Source: Acidimicrobiaceae bacterium (GTDB lineage Bacteria > Actinomycetota > Acidimicrobiia > Acidimicrobiales > Bog-793). From it: a DNA stretch of 64,000 nt. Positions within the stretch are counted from its first letter, which is position 1; each line of letters starts with the position of its first letter. The stretch is taken from positions 3,241-67,240 of the forward strand of contig DAHWHN010000034.1 of the NCBI GenBank assembly GCA_027335685.1, in the 5' to 3' direction. Shown piece after piece: positions 48,939-61,127 of the stretch. The notes beneath the pieces are model-generated. The model saw only the letters and a list, made by a program, of their open reading frames with translations. It had not been told where the DNA came from and made no database searches. The position numbers were made by a program, and so were the translations under genes.

Positions 48939-51900
48939 ATGGGACGGCGCGAGGACCTCGAGACCATCCTCGTCATCGGATCCGGGCCGATCGTCATCGG
49001 CCAGGCGTGCGAGTTCGACTACTCGGGCACGCAGGCCTGCCGGGTGCTGCGCGCCGAGGGATACCGCGTCGTGCTCGCGAACTCGAACCCCGCGACGATC
49101 ATGACCGACCCGGAGCTCGCGGACCGCACGTACATCGAGCCGCTCTCGTTCGACGTGCTCGCGGCGATCGTCGACAGGGAGCGCCCCGACGCGATCCTCC
49201 CGACGATGGGCGGCCAGACGGCGCTCAACCTCGCGATGGCGCTCCACGAGGCTGGCGTGCTCGAGCGCTACGGGGTCGAGCTGATCGGCGCGAAGGTCGA
49301 GGCGATCGCCACGGCGGAGAACCGCGACCAGTTCAAGGCGGCGATGACCGAGATCGGTCTCGCCGTGCCGGAGTCCGGGTTCGCGCACGACCTCGCCGAG
49401 GCGCTCGAGATCGGCGAGCAGATCGGCTTCCCGATCATGGTCCGGCCGTCCTACATCCTCGGCGGCGCGGGTACGGGGATCGCGCACGACCTCGACGCGT
49501 TGCGCGAGCTCGCGACCGCCGGGCTCGCGGCGAGCCCGGTGTCGGAGATCCTCGTCGAGCGGTCGATCGCGGGCTGGAAGGAGTACGAGCTCGAGGTGAT
49601 GCGGGACCGGGCGGACAACTGCGTCGTCGTCTGCTCGATCGAGAACTTCGACCCGATGGGTGTCCACACCGGTGACTCGATCACGGTGGCTCCGGCGCAG
49701 ACGCTCTCGGACGTCGAGTACCAGGAGATGCGCGACGCAGCCTTCGCGTGCATCCGCCGCGTCGGCGTCGAGACCGGCGGCTCGAACATCCAGTTCGCCG
49801 TCGACCCGACGACCGGTCGCCAGCTCGTCATCGAGATGAACCCTCGTGTCTCGCGCTCGTCTGCGCTCGCGTCGAAGGCGACGGGCTTCCCGATCGCGAA
49901 GATCGCGGCCCGGCTCGCCGTCGGCTACACCCTCGACGAGGTGCGCAACGACATCACGCGGGCCACGCCGGCGAGCTTCGAGCCGACGATCGACTACGTC
50001 GTCACGAAGATCCCGCGGTGGGCGTTCGAGAAGCTTCCGGGGACCTCGGACCGGCTCGGGACCCGCATGCAGTCGGTCGGCGAGGTCATGGCGATCGGGC
50101 GGACGTTCCCCGAGTCGTTCCAGAAGGCCCTGCGCGGCCTCGAGCAGGGTCGCCTCGGGCTCAACTGCGACCCGGCCGAGGCGTCCTACGCAGCGGTCCC
50201 GGTCGAGGAGCTGCTCGCTTTCGCGACGGTCGCAACACCCGAGCGGCCGTTCCAGGTCGAAGAGCTGCTCCGTCGCGGCGTCGGCGTCGAGGACGTGTCT
50301 GGCTCGACGGGGATCGACCCGTGGTTCCTCGACCGCATCGAGGAGATCGTCGACGGTCGTCGCCTTCTCGACCACCTCGCGGCCGACGGAGCCGACGGGG
50401 AGGTGGCTCTCGCCGGGATCGACCGGAGCGGATGGCGCCGGCTCAAGCGGCTCGGGTTCTCCGACGCGCAGCTCGCCTGGCGCCTCGGCGTGGGCGAGAG
50501 CCGCGTCCGGCAAGCTCGGCTCTCCTGCGGCGTCGTGCCGACGTACAAGACCGTCGACACCTGCGGGGCGGAGTTCGCCGCCGAGACGCCCTACTACTAC
50601 TCGACCTACGAGGACGAGGACGAGGTCCGGCCCGCGAGCCGGCCGCGTGTCGTGATCCTCGGCTCGGGCCCCAACCGCATCGGCCAGGGGATCGAGTTCG
50701 ACTACTGCTGCGTGCACGCGAGCATGGCGCTGCGCGCGGCCGGCTACGAGACGGTCATGGTCAACTGCAACCCCGAGACCGTCTCGACCGACTACGACAC
50801 CTCGGACCGGCTGTACTTCGAGCCGGTCACGGAGGAGGACGTGCTCGCGGTCGTCGACGCGGAGAGCCGTGCCGGTGCCGGAGGCGTCGTCGGTGTCGTC
50901 GTCTCGCTCGGTGGCCAGACGCCGCTGAAGCTCGCCGACCGGTTGCCCGCCGCGCTCGTGCTCGGCACGAGCCCGGCCGCGATCGACCTCGCCGAGGATC
51001 GCGAGCAGTGGTCCGCCCTCTGCGCGCGCCTCGAGATCCCCCAGCCTGCGGGCGGCACGGTGCGGACCCTCGCCGCGGCGCGCGCCGTCGTCGAGCGGGT
51101 CGGCTACCCGGTCCTCGTCCGGCCGAGCTACGTGCTCGGCGGGCGCGCCATGGAGATCGTCTACGACGACGAGGGCCTCGCGAGCGCGATGGCCGTCCTG
51201 GCCGGCTTCGGCGCGCCCGCGCCCGCGCGCGAGCCCGCGCGGCGCGGTGGGGCCGGCTCGCTCGGCCGCGAAGGCGGCCTCGCCGTCGAGCGACCCGTGC
51301 TCGTCGACCGCTTCCTCGAAGACGCGATCGAGGTCGACGTCGACGCCGTCCGGGACCGGACGGGCGAGGTGCTCGTCGGCGGTGTCATGGAGCACGTCGA
51401 GGAGGCCGGGGTCCACTCGGGCGACTCGGCCTGCGTCATCCCCCCGCCGACGCTCGCTGCGGACACGATCCGGGTCATCGAGGGCTACACGCGGGCCATC
51501 GCCGACGCGCTCGAGGTCCGGGGGCCGATCAACGTGCAGTACGCGGTGAAAGACGGCCAGGTGTTCGTCATCGAGGCGAACCCGCGGGCGAGCCGGACGC
51601 TGCCGTTCGTCGCGAAGGCCACGGGCGTGCCCCTCGCCAAGGTCGCTGCTCGCGTCGTCGTCGGCGCGACCCTCGCCGAGCTGCGCGGCGAGGGGCTGCT
51701 GCCGCCGGGCGGGCGGCTCGAGGCCCCCTACGTGAGCGTGAAGGAGGCGGTCCTTCCTTTCGACCGCTTCCCCGACGTCGACGCGCTCCTCGGGCCCGAG
51801 ATGCGCTCGACCGGCGAGGTCATGGGGGTCGCCTCGACCTACGGCCTCGCCTTCGCGAAGAGCCAGATCGCGGCGGGCAACCGCCTCCCGGAGTCCGGAG

Positions 51901-52397
51901 CGGTGTTCTTCTCCCTCGCGGACCGCGACAAGGACAACGGCCTCGGGGTCGCCCGCTCGTTCGTCGAGCTCGGCTTCACGATCGCTGCGACCGAGGGGAC
52001 CGCGTCGTTCCTCGAGCGCCATGGCGTGCCGGTGGCGACGCACGTGGCCAAGGTCGGCGACCGCCTGGCCGGAGCGCCGGGCCCGGGCCCGGGTACGGTC
52101 GACGCGGTCGAGCTCGTCGCCGGCGGCGAGGTCCACCTCGTCGTCAACACGCCGCGTGGACGCGGGCCACGAGCCGACGGCGCCCACATCCGGCGCGCCG
52201 CGTCGGCGCACCGCGTGCCGATCGTGACGACCGTCGCGGCGGCGCGCGCGGCGGCGGCGGGCATCGCCGACTGGGCTCGGCATGGGCTCACGGTGCGCAG
52301 CCTCCAGGAGCACCACGCCGACGCCCGGGCCGCAGCCGTCGGGGCCGTCGCCGCGGGCGCCGGCGAGGTCTCGCCTGGTGGTGCCGCCGGTCGATGA
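48939..52397 (+). CDS. carB: carbamoyl-phosphate synthase large subunit
   Basis: [24 protein letters not shown]..., a duplicated ATP-grasp halves architecture, and a C-terminal MGS-like domain. ATG at 48939 follows GGAG. Confidence 0.95.
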   Translation: MGRREDLETILVIGSGPIVIGQACEFDYSGTQACRVLRAEGYRVVLANSNPATIMTDPELADRTYIEPLSFDVLAAIVDRERPDAILPTMGGQTALNLAMALHEAGVLERYGVELIGAKVEAIATAENRDQFKAAMTEIGLAVPESGFAHDLAEALEIGEQIGFPIMVRPSYILGGAGTGIAHDLDALRELATAGLAASPVSEILVERSIAGWKEYELEVMRDRADNCVVVCSIENFDPMGVHTGDSITVAPAQTLSDVEYQEMRDAAFACIRRVGVETGGSNIQFAVDPTTGRQLVIEMNPRVSRSSALASKATGFPIAKIAARLAVGYTLDEVRNDITRATPASFEPTIDYVVTKIPRWAFEKLPGTSDRLGTRMQSVGEVMAIGRTFPESFQKALRGLEQGRLGLNCDPAEASYAAVPVEELLAFATVATPERPFQVEELLRRGVGVEDVSGSTGIDPWFLDRIEEIVDGRRLLDHLAADGADGEVALAGIDRSGWRRLKRLGFSDAQLAWRLGVGESRVRQARLSCGVVPTYKTVDTCGAEFAAETPYYYSTYEDEDEVRPASRPRVVILGSGPNRIGQGIEFDYCCVHASMALRAAGYETVMVNCNPETVSTDYDTSDRLYFEPVTEEDVLAVVDAESRAGAGGVVGVVVSLGGQTPLKLADRLPAALVLGTSPAAIDLAEDREQWSALCARLEIPQPAGGTVRTLAAARAVVERVGYPVLVRPSYVLGGRAMEIVYDDEGLASAMAVLAGFGAPAPAREPARRGGAGSLGREGGLAVERPVLVDRFLEDAIEVDVDAVRDRTGEVLVGGVMEHVEEAGVHSGDSACVIPPPTLAADTIRVIEGYTRAIADALEVRGPINVQYAVKDGQVFVIEANPRASRTLPFVAKATGVPLAKVAARVVVGATLAELRGEGLLPPGGRLEAPYVSVKEAVLPFDRFPDVDALLGPEMRSTGEVMGVASTYGLAFAKSQIAAGNRLPESGAVFFSLADRDKDNGLGVARSFVELGFTIAATEGTASFLERHGVPVATHVAKVGDRLAGAPGPGPGTVDAVELVAGGEVHLVVNTPRGRGPRADGAHIRRAASAHRVPIVTTVAAARAAAAGIADWARHGLTVRSLQEHHADARAAAVGAVAAGAGEVSPGGAAGR

Positions 52398-53362
52398 GCC
52401 CGAGCCGGACGACGCGCTCGCCCCTGCGGCCCGCACGGCCCTCGGGGCTCGAGGTCGACGTCGGGTCTGTCCGGCTCGCCAACCCCGTCATGACCGCGGC
52501 CGGGACCGCGGGCCACGGCGCGGAGCTCGGCGCCTATGTCGACCTCGCGTCCCTCGGCGCCGTCGTCGTCAAGTCGCTCTCGCCAGGGCCGTGGCCGGGC
52601 AACCCGGCGCCGAGGGTCCACCCTGTCGCCGGGGGGATGCTCAACAGCGTCGGGCTCCAGGGCCCGGGCGTCGCGGCGTGGCTCGCGGACGACCTCCCCG
52701 CGCTCGAAGCGGCCGGGGCGACGGTCGTCGCGAGCATCTGGGGACGCACGGTCGAGGAGTACGCCCGGGCCGCGGCGATGCTCGCGTCGTCGCCGGCGTG
52801 CGTCGTCGCCGTCGAGGTGAACGTCTCGTGCCCGAACACCGAGGACCGTGACGCGATGTTCGCCCATTCCGCGGACGCGACCGCTGCCGTGGTCGCCGCC
52901 GCGTCGTGCTGCGGGCGCCCGCTGTGGGCGAAGCTCTCGCCGAACACGCCGGACCTCGTCGCCGTCGCCGGCGCGGCGCTCGGCGCGGGGGCGGAGGCGC
53001 TCACCCTCGTCAACACCTTGACCGGTCTCGCGATCGACCTGCGGACGCGCCAGCCCGCACTTGGGGCAGGGCGAGGTGGGCTGTCGGGCCCGGCCTTGCA
53101 CCCCGTCGCGGTGCGCGCCGTCTACGAGTGCCGGTCCGCGTACCCGGGCTGCGCGATCGTCGGGGTCGGCGGCGTGAGCGGAGCGCTCGACGCGATCGAG
53201 CTGATCATGGCCGGCGCGAACGCGATCCAGGTCGGCACCGCGACGCTCGCCGACCCGCGCGCCCCCGCACGCGTGCTCGCCGACCTCGCGCGCTGGTGCG
53301 CACGTAACGGCGTTGCCGACGTCGCCGAGCTGACGGGGTGCGCGCAGCGCGCGGGCTCCTAG
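52394..53362 (+). CDS. pyrD: dihydroorotate dehydrogenase (class 1-like catalytic subunit)
   Basis: [11 protein letters not shown]...KSLS...NSVGLQGPG...EVNVSCPN...[14 protein letters not shown]...GVGGV. ATG overlaps the carB stop. No pyrK-like partner is adjacent. Confidence 0.85.
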   Translation: MSPSRTTRSPLRPARPSGLEVDVGSVRLANPVMTAAGTAGHGAELGAYVDLASLGAVVVKSLSPGPWPGNPAPRVHPVAGGMLNSVGLQGPGVAAWLADDLPALEAAGATVVASIWGRTVEEYARAAAMLASSPACVVAVEVNVSCPNTEDRDAMFAHSADATAAVVAAASCCGRPLWAKLSPNTPDLVAVAGAALGAGAEALTLVNTLTGLAIDLRTRQPALGAGRGGLSGPALHPVAVRAVYECRSAYPGCAIVGVGGVSGALDAIELIMAGANAIQVGTATLADPRAPARVLADLARWCARNGVADVAELTGCAQRAGS

Positions 53363-53472
53363 CGCGGGCGCCCGGGACGACGAGGTGATGTGAACACGTC
53401 GCGAACATGCACAGCCTGCAGCAGCCTCGTCGCCGCGTTTCGTCACGCGACCGATACACTGCGTCGAGCTTG

Positions 53473-53496
53473 CCCGGCTGCACCCTTGCACCGGGG
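53473..53496 (+). promoter_or_regulatory. stem-loop in the 5' leader of the ABC substrate-binding protein gene
   Basis: cccgg-c-tgca-ccct-tgca-ccggg(g) forms about 9 bp of stem with one bulge, 52 nt upstream of the ATG. Function unknown. Confidence 0.25.
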
Positions 53497-53547
53497 GGCC
53501 TGACCGAAGATGAGTCCGGGCAGTCGTCGCCGGAGTCAGGAGCTGAC

Positions 53548-55521
53548 ATGAGCAGGATCGACAAGGGGCGCGGCCTCCTTCGCACGGGGGTGGCCGTCGT
53601 CGCGGCTGGCTCGCTCGGCCTCGGAGTAACGGCAGCCGGCTCTGCCGCAGCGTCCGCGCCGGCGGGGGCCTCGCACGCCCGGCGGGGGCACGCGGTGCGG
53701 GCGCACAAGGTGCAGGGCGGCACGGCGTACTTCGCCGAGCAGGCCGGCGCTCCGCCGAACTACATCTTCCCCTTCGAAGGTGGCCAGTTCGACAGCATCA
53801 ACAACGTCTCGCAGTTCCAGTACCTGATGTACCGGCCGCTGTACTGGTTCGGAAAGGGCACGTCGCCCCAGCTCAACCCGGCGCTCTCGATCGCGAAGCA
53901 GCCCGTCTACAGCCACGGCAACACCGTCGTGAGCTTCGCGCTCAACCACTACAAGTGGTCCGACGGCGAGACCGTCACGCCGCAGGACGTCGTGTTCTTC
54001 ATGAACATGTTGAAGGTGGAGAAGCTCGTCTACGACGCCTACTCCGCCGGGTCGATCCCCGACGACATCAAGTCGATCACGACCACTGGCGACAGCGTGA
54101 CGATCGACCTCACCGGCCCGGTCAACCCCTACTGGTTCACCGAGAACGAGCTCGGGCAGATCACCCCGATGCCGATGGCCTGGGACGTCACGGGCACCGG
54201 CCAAAAGCGGGGGTCGGCCTCCTGCGGGACGGCCTCGTACCAGGCCGTCGTCGTCAAGACCGTGAGCGGCGCGTCGCCCTCGGACACGCCGGTCTCCGCG
54301 GCTGCGAAGTCGTGCGCGGCTGTGTACACCTTCATGTCGAAGGAGTCCGGCTACGACCCGACGAACCCGAAGGCGCCCAACAACGCGCTGAGCACGTACG
54401 CGACGAACCCGCTCTGGCAGGTCGTCGACGGGCCGTGGCACCTTGCGTCGTTCACCTCGACGGGGTACGTCGCGATGAAGCCCAACCCCGACTACTCCGG
54501 GCCGGTGAAGCCGACGCTCGCGGAGTTCGTCGAGCTCCCCTACACCTCCGCGTCCTCGGAGTTCAACGCCCTCGTCGCGGGCAAGGTCAGCGTCGGCTTC
54601 CTGCCGCCCGAGGACGTCACCGCGACGGCGCCGAGCCCGACGACGCCCGGGGCGAACAACCCGCGGCTCTCGAACTTCAAGATCGCGCCGTGGTACCCGT
54701 GGGGGATCAACTACTTCCCGTACAACTTCAACTCGACGGGTGACGGTGGGCAGGCCGGCAAGATCTTCCGCCAGCTGTACTTCCGCGAGGCGTTCCAGAC
54801 GCTCGTCGACCAGCCCCTCTACATCAAGAAGCTCTTCCACAACTACGCGGTGCCGACCTACGGACCCGTGCCGGTGCTGCCGAAGAACAGCTTCGCGACG
54901 AGCTTCGAGGAGACGAACCACTTCCCCTACAACGTGAAGAAGGCGATCTCCCTGCTCAAGACCAACGGTTGGAAGGTCGTCCCGGGCGGCGTCGACTCGT
55001 GCCAGGACGCCGCGAAGTGCGGGGTCCCGAAGGGCACGAAGCTCCAGTTCACGATCCAGTACTCGGTCCCGACGGCGACCCAGACCGACGAGATGGAGGC
55101 CCAGGCGGCCTCGTGGGCCCAGGCCGGAATCAAGGTCTCGCTCACGACGGCGACCTTCAACACCGTGATCGCCAACGCGACGGCGTGCGCGACAGGGTGC
55201 AGCTGGGAGATGGAGGACTGGGCCGGCGGCTGGACCTACTCGCCGGACTACTACCCGAGCGGCGAGGTGCTGTTCAAGACGGGCGCCGTCTCGAACTACG
55301 GCTCGTACTCCAACGCCGAGAACGACAAGCTCGTCGACCAGACCGACTTCGGCACGGCGACGCTCGCGCAGTGGGAGAACTTCCTCGCGACGAACCTCCC
55401 GGTCGTGTTCCAGCCGGAGGAGGCCTTCTACATCACCGAGGTCCAGAAGAACCTCCACGGGGTGACGCCGCAGAACCCCCTGCTCAGCATCAACCCGGAG
55501 AACTGGTACTTCACCAAGTGA
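53548..55521 (+). CDS. ABC transporter substrate-binding protein, family 5 (peptide/nickel type), unusually long and Cys-containing
   Basis: The signal-like N-terminus (RTGVAVVAAGSLGLGVTAAGSAAAS) lacks a lipobox Cys. Family-5-like blocks include YLMYRPLYWF, KWSDGETVTPQDVVF, NPDY and YSNAENDKL. ATG at 53548 follows CAGGAG. Confidence 0.85.
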   Translation: MSRIDKGRGLLRTGVAVVAAGSLGLGVTAAGSAAASAPAGASHARRGHAVRAHKVQGGTAYFAEQAGAPPNYIFPFEGGQFDSINNVSQFQYLMYRPLYWFGKGTSPQLNPALSIAKQPVYSHGNTVVSFALNHYKWSDGETVTPQDVVFFMNMLKVEKLVYDAYSAGSIPDDIKSITTTGDSVTIDLTGPVNPYWFTENELGQITPMPMAWDVTGTGQKRGSASCGTASYQAVVVKTVSGASPSDTPVSAAAKSCAAVYTFMSKESGYDPTNPKAPNNALSTYATNPLWQVVDGPWHLASFTSTGYVAMKPNPDYSGPVKPTLAEFVELPYTSASSEFNALVAGKVSVGFLPPEDVTATAPSPTTPGANNPRLSNFKIAPWYPWGINYFPYNFNSTGDGGQAGKIFRQLYFREAFQTLVDQPLYIKKLFHNYAVPTYGPVPVLPKNSFATSFEETNHFPYNVKKAISLLKTNGWKVVPGGVDSCQDAAKCGVPKGTKLQFTIQYSVPTATQTDEMEAQAASWAQAGIKVSLTTATFNTVIANATACATGCSWEMEDWAGGWTYSPDYYPSGEVLFKTGAVSNYGSYSNAENDKLVDQTDFGTATLAQWENFLATNLPVVFQPEEAFYITEVQKNLHGVTPQNPLLSINPENWYFTK

Positions 55522-55553
55522 GCTCGCCCGAGCGCTGAGCCAGGCGCGCGGGA

Positions 55554-55606
55554 CCACCTCAGGCTCCGAGCCCGGTCGGCATGACCGGGTCCGGAGCCGG
55601 AGGTGG
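55554..55606 (+). promoter_or_regulatory. long intercistronic RNA hairpin between the SBP and permease genes
   Basis: 24-nt arms (55554-55577 and 55583-55606) give 21 Watson-Crick pairs, 1 G-U pair and 2 mismatches, with a 5-nt loop (ggcat). No U-tract follows. Confidence 0.6.
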
Positions 55607-55670
55607 TCGGGAACTAGGGTGAGCGGAGGCGTGGTCGTGGTCGACGGGGAACGGTGGGGGAGAGCCTGAG

Positions 55671-56627
55671 ATGCTGGGGTACGTCGTCCGGCGTGTCGCT
55701 CAGGCCGTCGTCGTCGTCGTCGGCGTGACGCTGCTCATCTTCCTGCTCTCCCACGTCATTCCGGGCGGGCCGGCGAGAGCCGCGATCGGGCCACGCGCCA
55801 CGCCTGCGCAGATCCAGCAGTTCAACCGGATCAACGGCTACGACCTGCCGATCTGGGACCAGTACTACCAGTACCTGCGCGGACTGGTTCTCCACTTCAA
55901 CCTCGGCTACTCCTACAAGTACAACCAGAGCGTGGCCTCGCTCATCGGCGAACGCCTCCCGAAGACCCTCGTCCTCGTCGGGATCTCGACGGTCTTCGCC
56001 CTGATCGTCGCCGTGCCGCTCGGCGTCGTCCAGGTCGTGCGCCGGAACAAGCCGGTCGACTACACCTTGACCGGGCTCTCCTTCATCTTCTACGCGATGC
56101 CGCCGTTCCTCCTCGGCACGCTGCTCATCTTGTACTTCTCGATCGACCTCCACCTGTTCTCCGAGGAGGCGCCGCAGGGTGCGAGCATCGGCAGCATCGT
56201 GTCGGACCCGCGGGCTCTCGTGCTTCCCGTGCTCACGCTGTCGGCCGTGACGATCGCGTCGTTCAGCAGGTACATGCGCTCGTCGCTGATGGAGGCGATG
56301 ACCGAGGACTACATCCGCACGGCGCGGGCGAAGGGCTCGGGGCCGCGACGCGTGCTCGTGCGCCACGCGTTGCGCAACGCGCTGATCCCGATCATCACGC
56401 TGCTCGGCCTCGCCCTGCCCAACATCGTGAGCGGTGCGATCCTCACCGAGACGGTGTTCAACTTCCCCGGGATGGGGCTGCTCACCGTGACCGCGGCGCA
56501 GGACACCGACGTCCCGCTGCTGCTCGGCACGACCTTCGTCGCGACGCTCGCGACCGTCGTCGGCTCGCTCGTCGCCGACGTCCTCTACGCCGTTGTCGAT
56601 CCGCGGGTGCGCTATGGCTCGCGCTGA
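55671..56627 (+). CDS. ABC transporter permease (DppB/OppB-like)
   Basis: MLGYVVRRVAQAVVVVVGVTLLIFLL.H.IPG is the typical N-terminus. The EAA-loop region is EDYIRTARAKGSGPRRVLVRHALRNALIP. Confidence 0.9.
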   Translation: MLGYVVRRVAQAVVVVVGVTLLIFLLSHVIPGGPARAAIGPRATPAQIQQFNRINGYDLPIWDQYYQYLRGLVLHFNLGYSYKYNQSVASLIGERLPKTLVLVGISTVFALIVAVPLGVVQVVRRNKPVDYTLTGLSFIFYAMPPFLLGTLLILYFSIDLHLFSEEAPQGASIGSIVSDPRALVLPVLTLSAVTIASFSRYMRSSLMEAMTEDYIRTARAKGSGPRRVLVRHALRNALIPIITLLGLALPNIVSGAILTETVFNFPGMGLLTVTAAQDTDVPLLLGTTFVATLATVVGSLVADVLYAVVDPRVRYGSR

Positions 56628-56645
56628 GGAGAGCCGGACAACGTC

Positions 56646-57620
56646 ATGACGCTCGTCCCCGGAGAGATCCCGATCAACGAGGTCCCGTCGATGCGCGAGG
56701 GCGTGCCGCCCGCGAACGGGCCGGGCGACGAGGTGCCCGGCGGCGGAGCGGTGTCCTCGAGCGGAGGGCTCGGCCGGCAGTTCCTCCGGGTATTCGTCGA
56801 GAGCAAGCTCGCGGTCGTCGGCGCGGTCGTGATCGTGCTGATGATCCTGTTCTGCTTCGTCGGACCGGTCGTCTACCACACGAACCAGACGAGCGCGCAG
56901 CTTGCCCTGCTCAACTCGACGCAGAACTCCCCGCCGAGCGCGACGAACCCGCTCGGAACCGACGGGTCGGGCTTCGACATCCTCGGGCGCGTCATGTACG
57001 GCGGCCAGACGTCGCTCGAGGTTGGCTTCGCGGCGGCGGGGATCGCCACCGGGCTCGGCGTCGTCTGGGGCGCCGTCGCCGGCTTCTTCGGTGGCTGGGT
57101 CGACGCGCTGATGATGCGCATCGTCGACGTGCTGCTGTCGGTGCCCATCTTGTTCCTGCTCATCGTGCTCGCCGTCATCTTCCAGCCGTCGCTCGGGCTG
57201 CTCATGCTCGTCATCGGCTTCACGGCGTGGCTCGTCCCCGCGCGCCTCGTGCGCGGCGAGACCCTCACCCTGCGCGTCCGCGAGTACGTCCAGGCCGTGC
57301 GCGTGATGGGCGGCTCGGGGCGCCGGATCGTCCTCCGCCACATCATCCCGAACACCGTCGGCACGATCGTCGTCAACGCGACCTTCCAGGTTGCCGACGC
57401 GATCTTGTTCCTCGCAGCGCTCGGGTTCATCGGTCTCGGCGTGCCGGCCCCGCGGACGGACTGGGGCTCGATGCTCTCGAACGGTGTCAACTACGCCCTC
57501 GACGGCTACTGGTGGGAGATCTACCCGGTCGCGGTCGCCTTCGTCCTCGTCGTCGTCTCGATCAACTTCGTCGGCGACGCGCTGCGCGACGCGCTCGAGA
57601 TCCGGCTCCAGCGCCGGTGA
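56646..57620 (+). CDS. ABC transporter permease (DppC/OppC-like)
   Basis: PLGTDGSGFDILGRVMYGGQTSL and REYVQAVRVMGGSGRRIVLRHIIPN (EAA loop). Confidence 0.9.
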   Translation: MTLVPGEIPINEVPSMREGVPPANGPGDEVPGGGAVSSSGGLGRQFLRVFVESKLAVVGAVVIVLMILFCFVGPVVYHTNQTSAQLALLNSTQNSPPSATNPLGTDGSGFDILGRVMYGGQTSLEVGFAAAGIATGLGVVWGAVAGFFGGWVDALMMRIVDVLLSVPILFLLIVLAVIFQPSLGLLMLVIGFTAWLVPARLVRGETLTLRVREYVQAVRVMGGSGRRIVLRHIIPNTVGTIVVNATFQVADAILFLAALGFIGLGVPAPRTDWGSMLSNGVNYALDGYWWEIYPVAVAFVLVVVSINFVGDALRDALEIRLQRR

Positions 57621-57638
57621 CCGGTCGGACCTAGCGGG

Positions 57639-59744
<2,106 letters not shown>

Positions 59745-59873
59745 GGCGTGCGACCTCCCGGTCCGGGGCGCGCGGTCGTCGCGTGCTCCCTGGTCAGGTA
59801 CGTGACGCTAGCTCGCGCCCGCTGGGGGAACATCCGTGGTGCGCCGTGAGCTGCCGCGCTATCGTACCGCCTC

Positions 59874-60194
59874 ATGCCTCAACCTCCCAGCCTCACACCA
59901 GAACAGCGGAAGGCCGCGCTCGAGAAGGCCGCGAAGGCCCGCAAGGAGCGTGCCGAGATCAAGGACCACCTGAAGGCCGGGCGCACCACCCTCGCCGCCC
60001 TGCTCGGCCAGGCGGACAAAGACGACGTCGTCGGCAAGATGAAGGTGCTCGCAGTCCTCGAGTCCCTCCCGGGCACCGGCAAGGTCAAGGCAAGGCGCCT
60101 CATGGAGCAGGTCGGCATCAGCGAGACACGCCGGCTCCAGGGCCTCGGCGCGAAGCAGCGTGACTCGCTCCTCGAGGCGGTGGAGCGGCCCTGA
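59874..60194 (+). CDS. mihF: integration host factor, actinobacterial type
   Basis: PSLTPEQRKAALEKAAKARKERAEIKDHLKAG...KVLAVLESLPGTGKVKARRLMEQVGI matches the MihF/sIHF family. Confidence 0.9.
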   Translation: MPQPPSLTPEQRKAALEKAAKARKERAEIKDHLKAGRTTLAALLGQADKDDVVGKMKVLAVLESLPGTGKVKARRLMEQVGISETRRLQGLGAKQRDSLLEAVERP

Positions 60195-60772
60195 TCCTCG
60201 TCGTCTTCGGTCCCGGCGGGGTCGGGAAGGGGACGGTCAGCCGCAAGCTCGTCGAGCGGGACCCCCGGCTCTGGCTCTCGAGGTCGTGGACGACTCGCTC
60301 CCGCCGGCCGGGCGAGAGCGCGGACGCCTATACCTTCGTCGACAAGGAGACCTTCCTCGACAGGGTCGCCTCGGGTGGTTTCCTCGAGTGGGCGACGGTC
60401 CTCGGCGAGTACTACGGCACGCCGACGCCGGACGCGCCACCGGGTCGCGACGTCGTCCTCGAGATCGACGTCCAAGGTGCCGCCCAGGTGCGTGAGCGGT
60501 GCACGGGTGTCGTCGCCGTCCTGCTGGTCCCGCCCTCGTGGGTCGAGCTCGAGCAGCGCCTGCGTGGTCGCGGCGACCGTCCCGAGCACGTGGCGAGGCG
60601 CCTCGCCCTCGGCGAGCACGAGGTCGAGCGGGGGCGCGCGCTCGCGGACGAGGTCGTCGTGAACGACGACCTCGAGCGGGCGGTCGACGACCTGGCGGCT
60701 ATAGTCGACCGCGCCCGTCGCGAGGCGGATGTGCAAGCGCGCCCGAAGGAGCAAGATGGCCGAGCCACGTAG
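60191..60772 (+). CDS. gmk: guanylate kinase (no canonical start codon; CTG 60191 or ATC 60194 proposed)
   Basis: Own translation of the frame not listed in the ORF track gives [16 protein letters not shown] (P-loop)...[17 protein letters not shown]...F...GGFLEWA...YYGT...LEIDVQGA..., continuing into ORF 60488..60772. The frame opens after TGA 60161-60163 and has no ATG, GTG or TTG before the P-loop. GGTGGAG lies at 60179-60185. Confidence 0.8.
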   Translation: MILVVFGPGGVGKGTVSRKLVERDPRLWLSRSWTTRSRRPGESADAYTFVDKETFLDRVASGGFLEWATVLGEYYGTPTPDAPPGRDVVLEIDVQGAAQVRERCTGVVAVLLVPPSWVELEQRLRGRGDRPEHVARRLALGEHEVERGRALADEVVVNDDLERAVDDLAAIVDRARREADVQARPKEQDGRAT

Positions 60773-61127
60773 CACGATGATCGATCCGCCGATCGAGAGC
60801 CTTCTCGACAAGGTGGACTCGAAGTTCACGCTCGTGACGCTCGCCTCGAAGCGGGCCCGCCAGATCAACTCCTACTTCAACCAGCTCGGCGAAGGTCTCG
60901 GCGCCATCGTGCCGCCCCAGGTGGCCTCCGTCGCCCGCAAGCCGCTGTCGATCGCCCTCGAGGAGATCGCGGCCGGCAAGGTCCGCTCGGGCGAGCCAGC
61001 AGCCGACGGGCCGGGCGAGCCCGTCGTGGTCGAGGGCGCCGTCCTCGACGTGGTCGACGGCGGGGCCTCGGCGGGTGCGCCGGACGCGGGAGCGACCGAG
61101 GTCGCACCGGGCGACGCGGAGCAGTAG
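60756..61127 (+). CDS. rpoZ: DNA-directed RNA polymerase subunit omega
   Basis: [31 protein letters not shown] at 60756 sits 5 nt after AAGGAG. Confidence 0.9.
   Translation: MAEPRSTMIDPPIESLLDKVDSKFTLVTLASKRARQINSYFNQLGEGLGAIVPPQVASVARKPLSIALEEIAAGKVRSGEPAADGPGEPVVVEGAVLDVVDGGASAGAPDAGATEVAPGDAEQ

Noticed and set aside
60161-60194. A programmed frameshift or MihF-Gmk fusion as the explanation for the missing gmk start.
   Set aside because: No slippery heptamer lies at the junction. MihF ends with a normal stop and a full-length family-typical sequence. An SD-like GGTGGAG is correctly placed for independent initiation at CTG or ATC.
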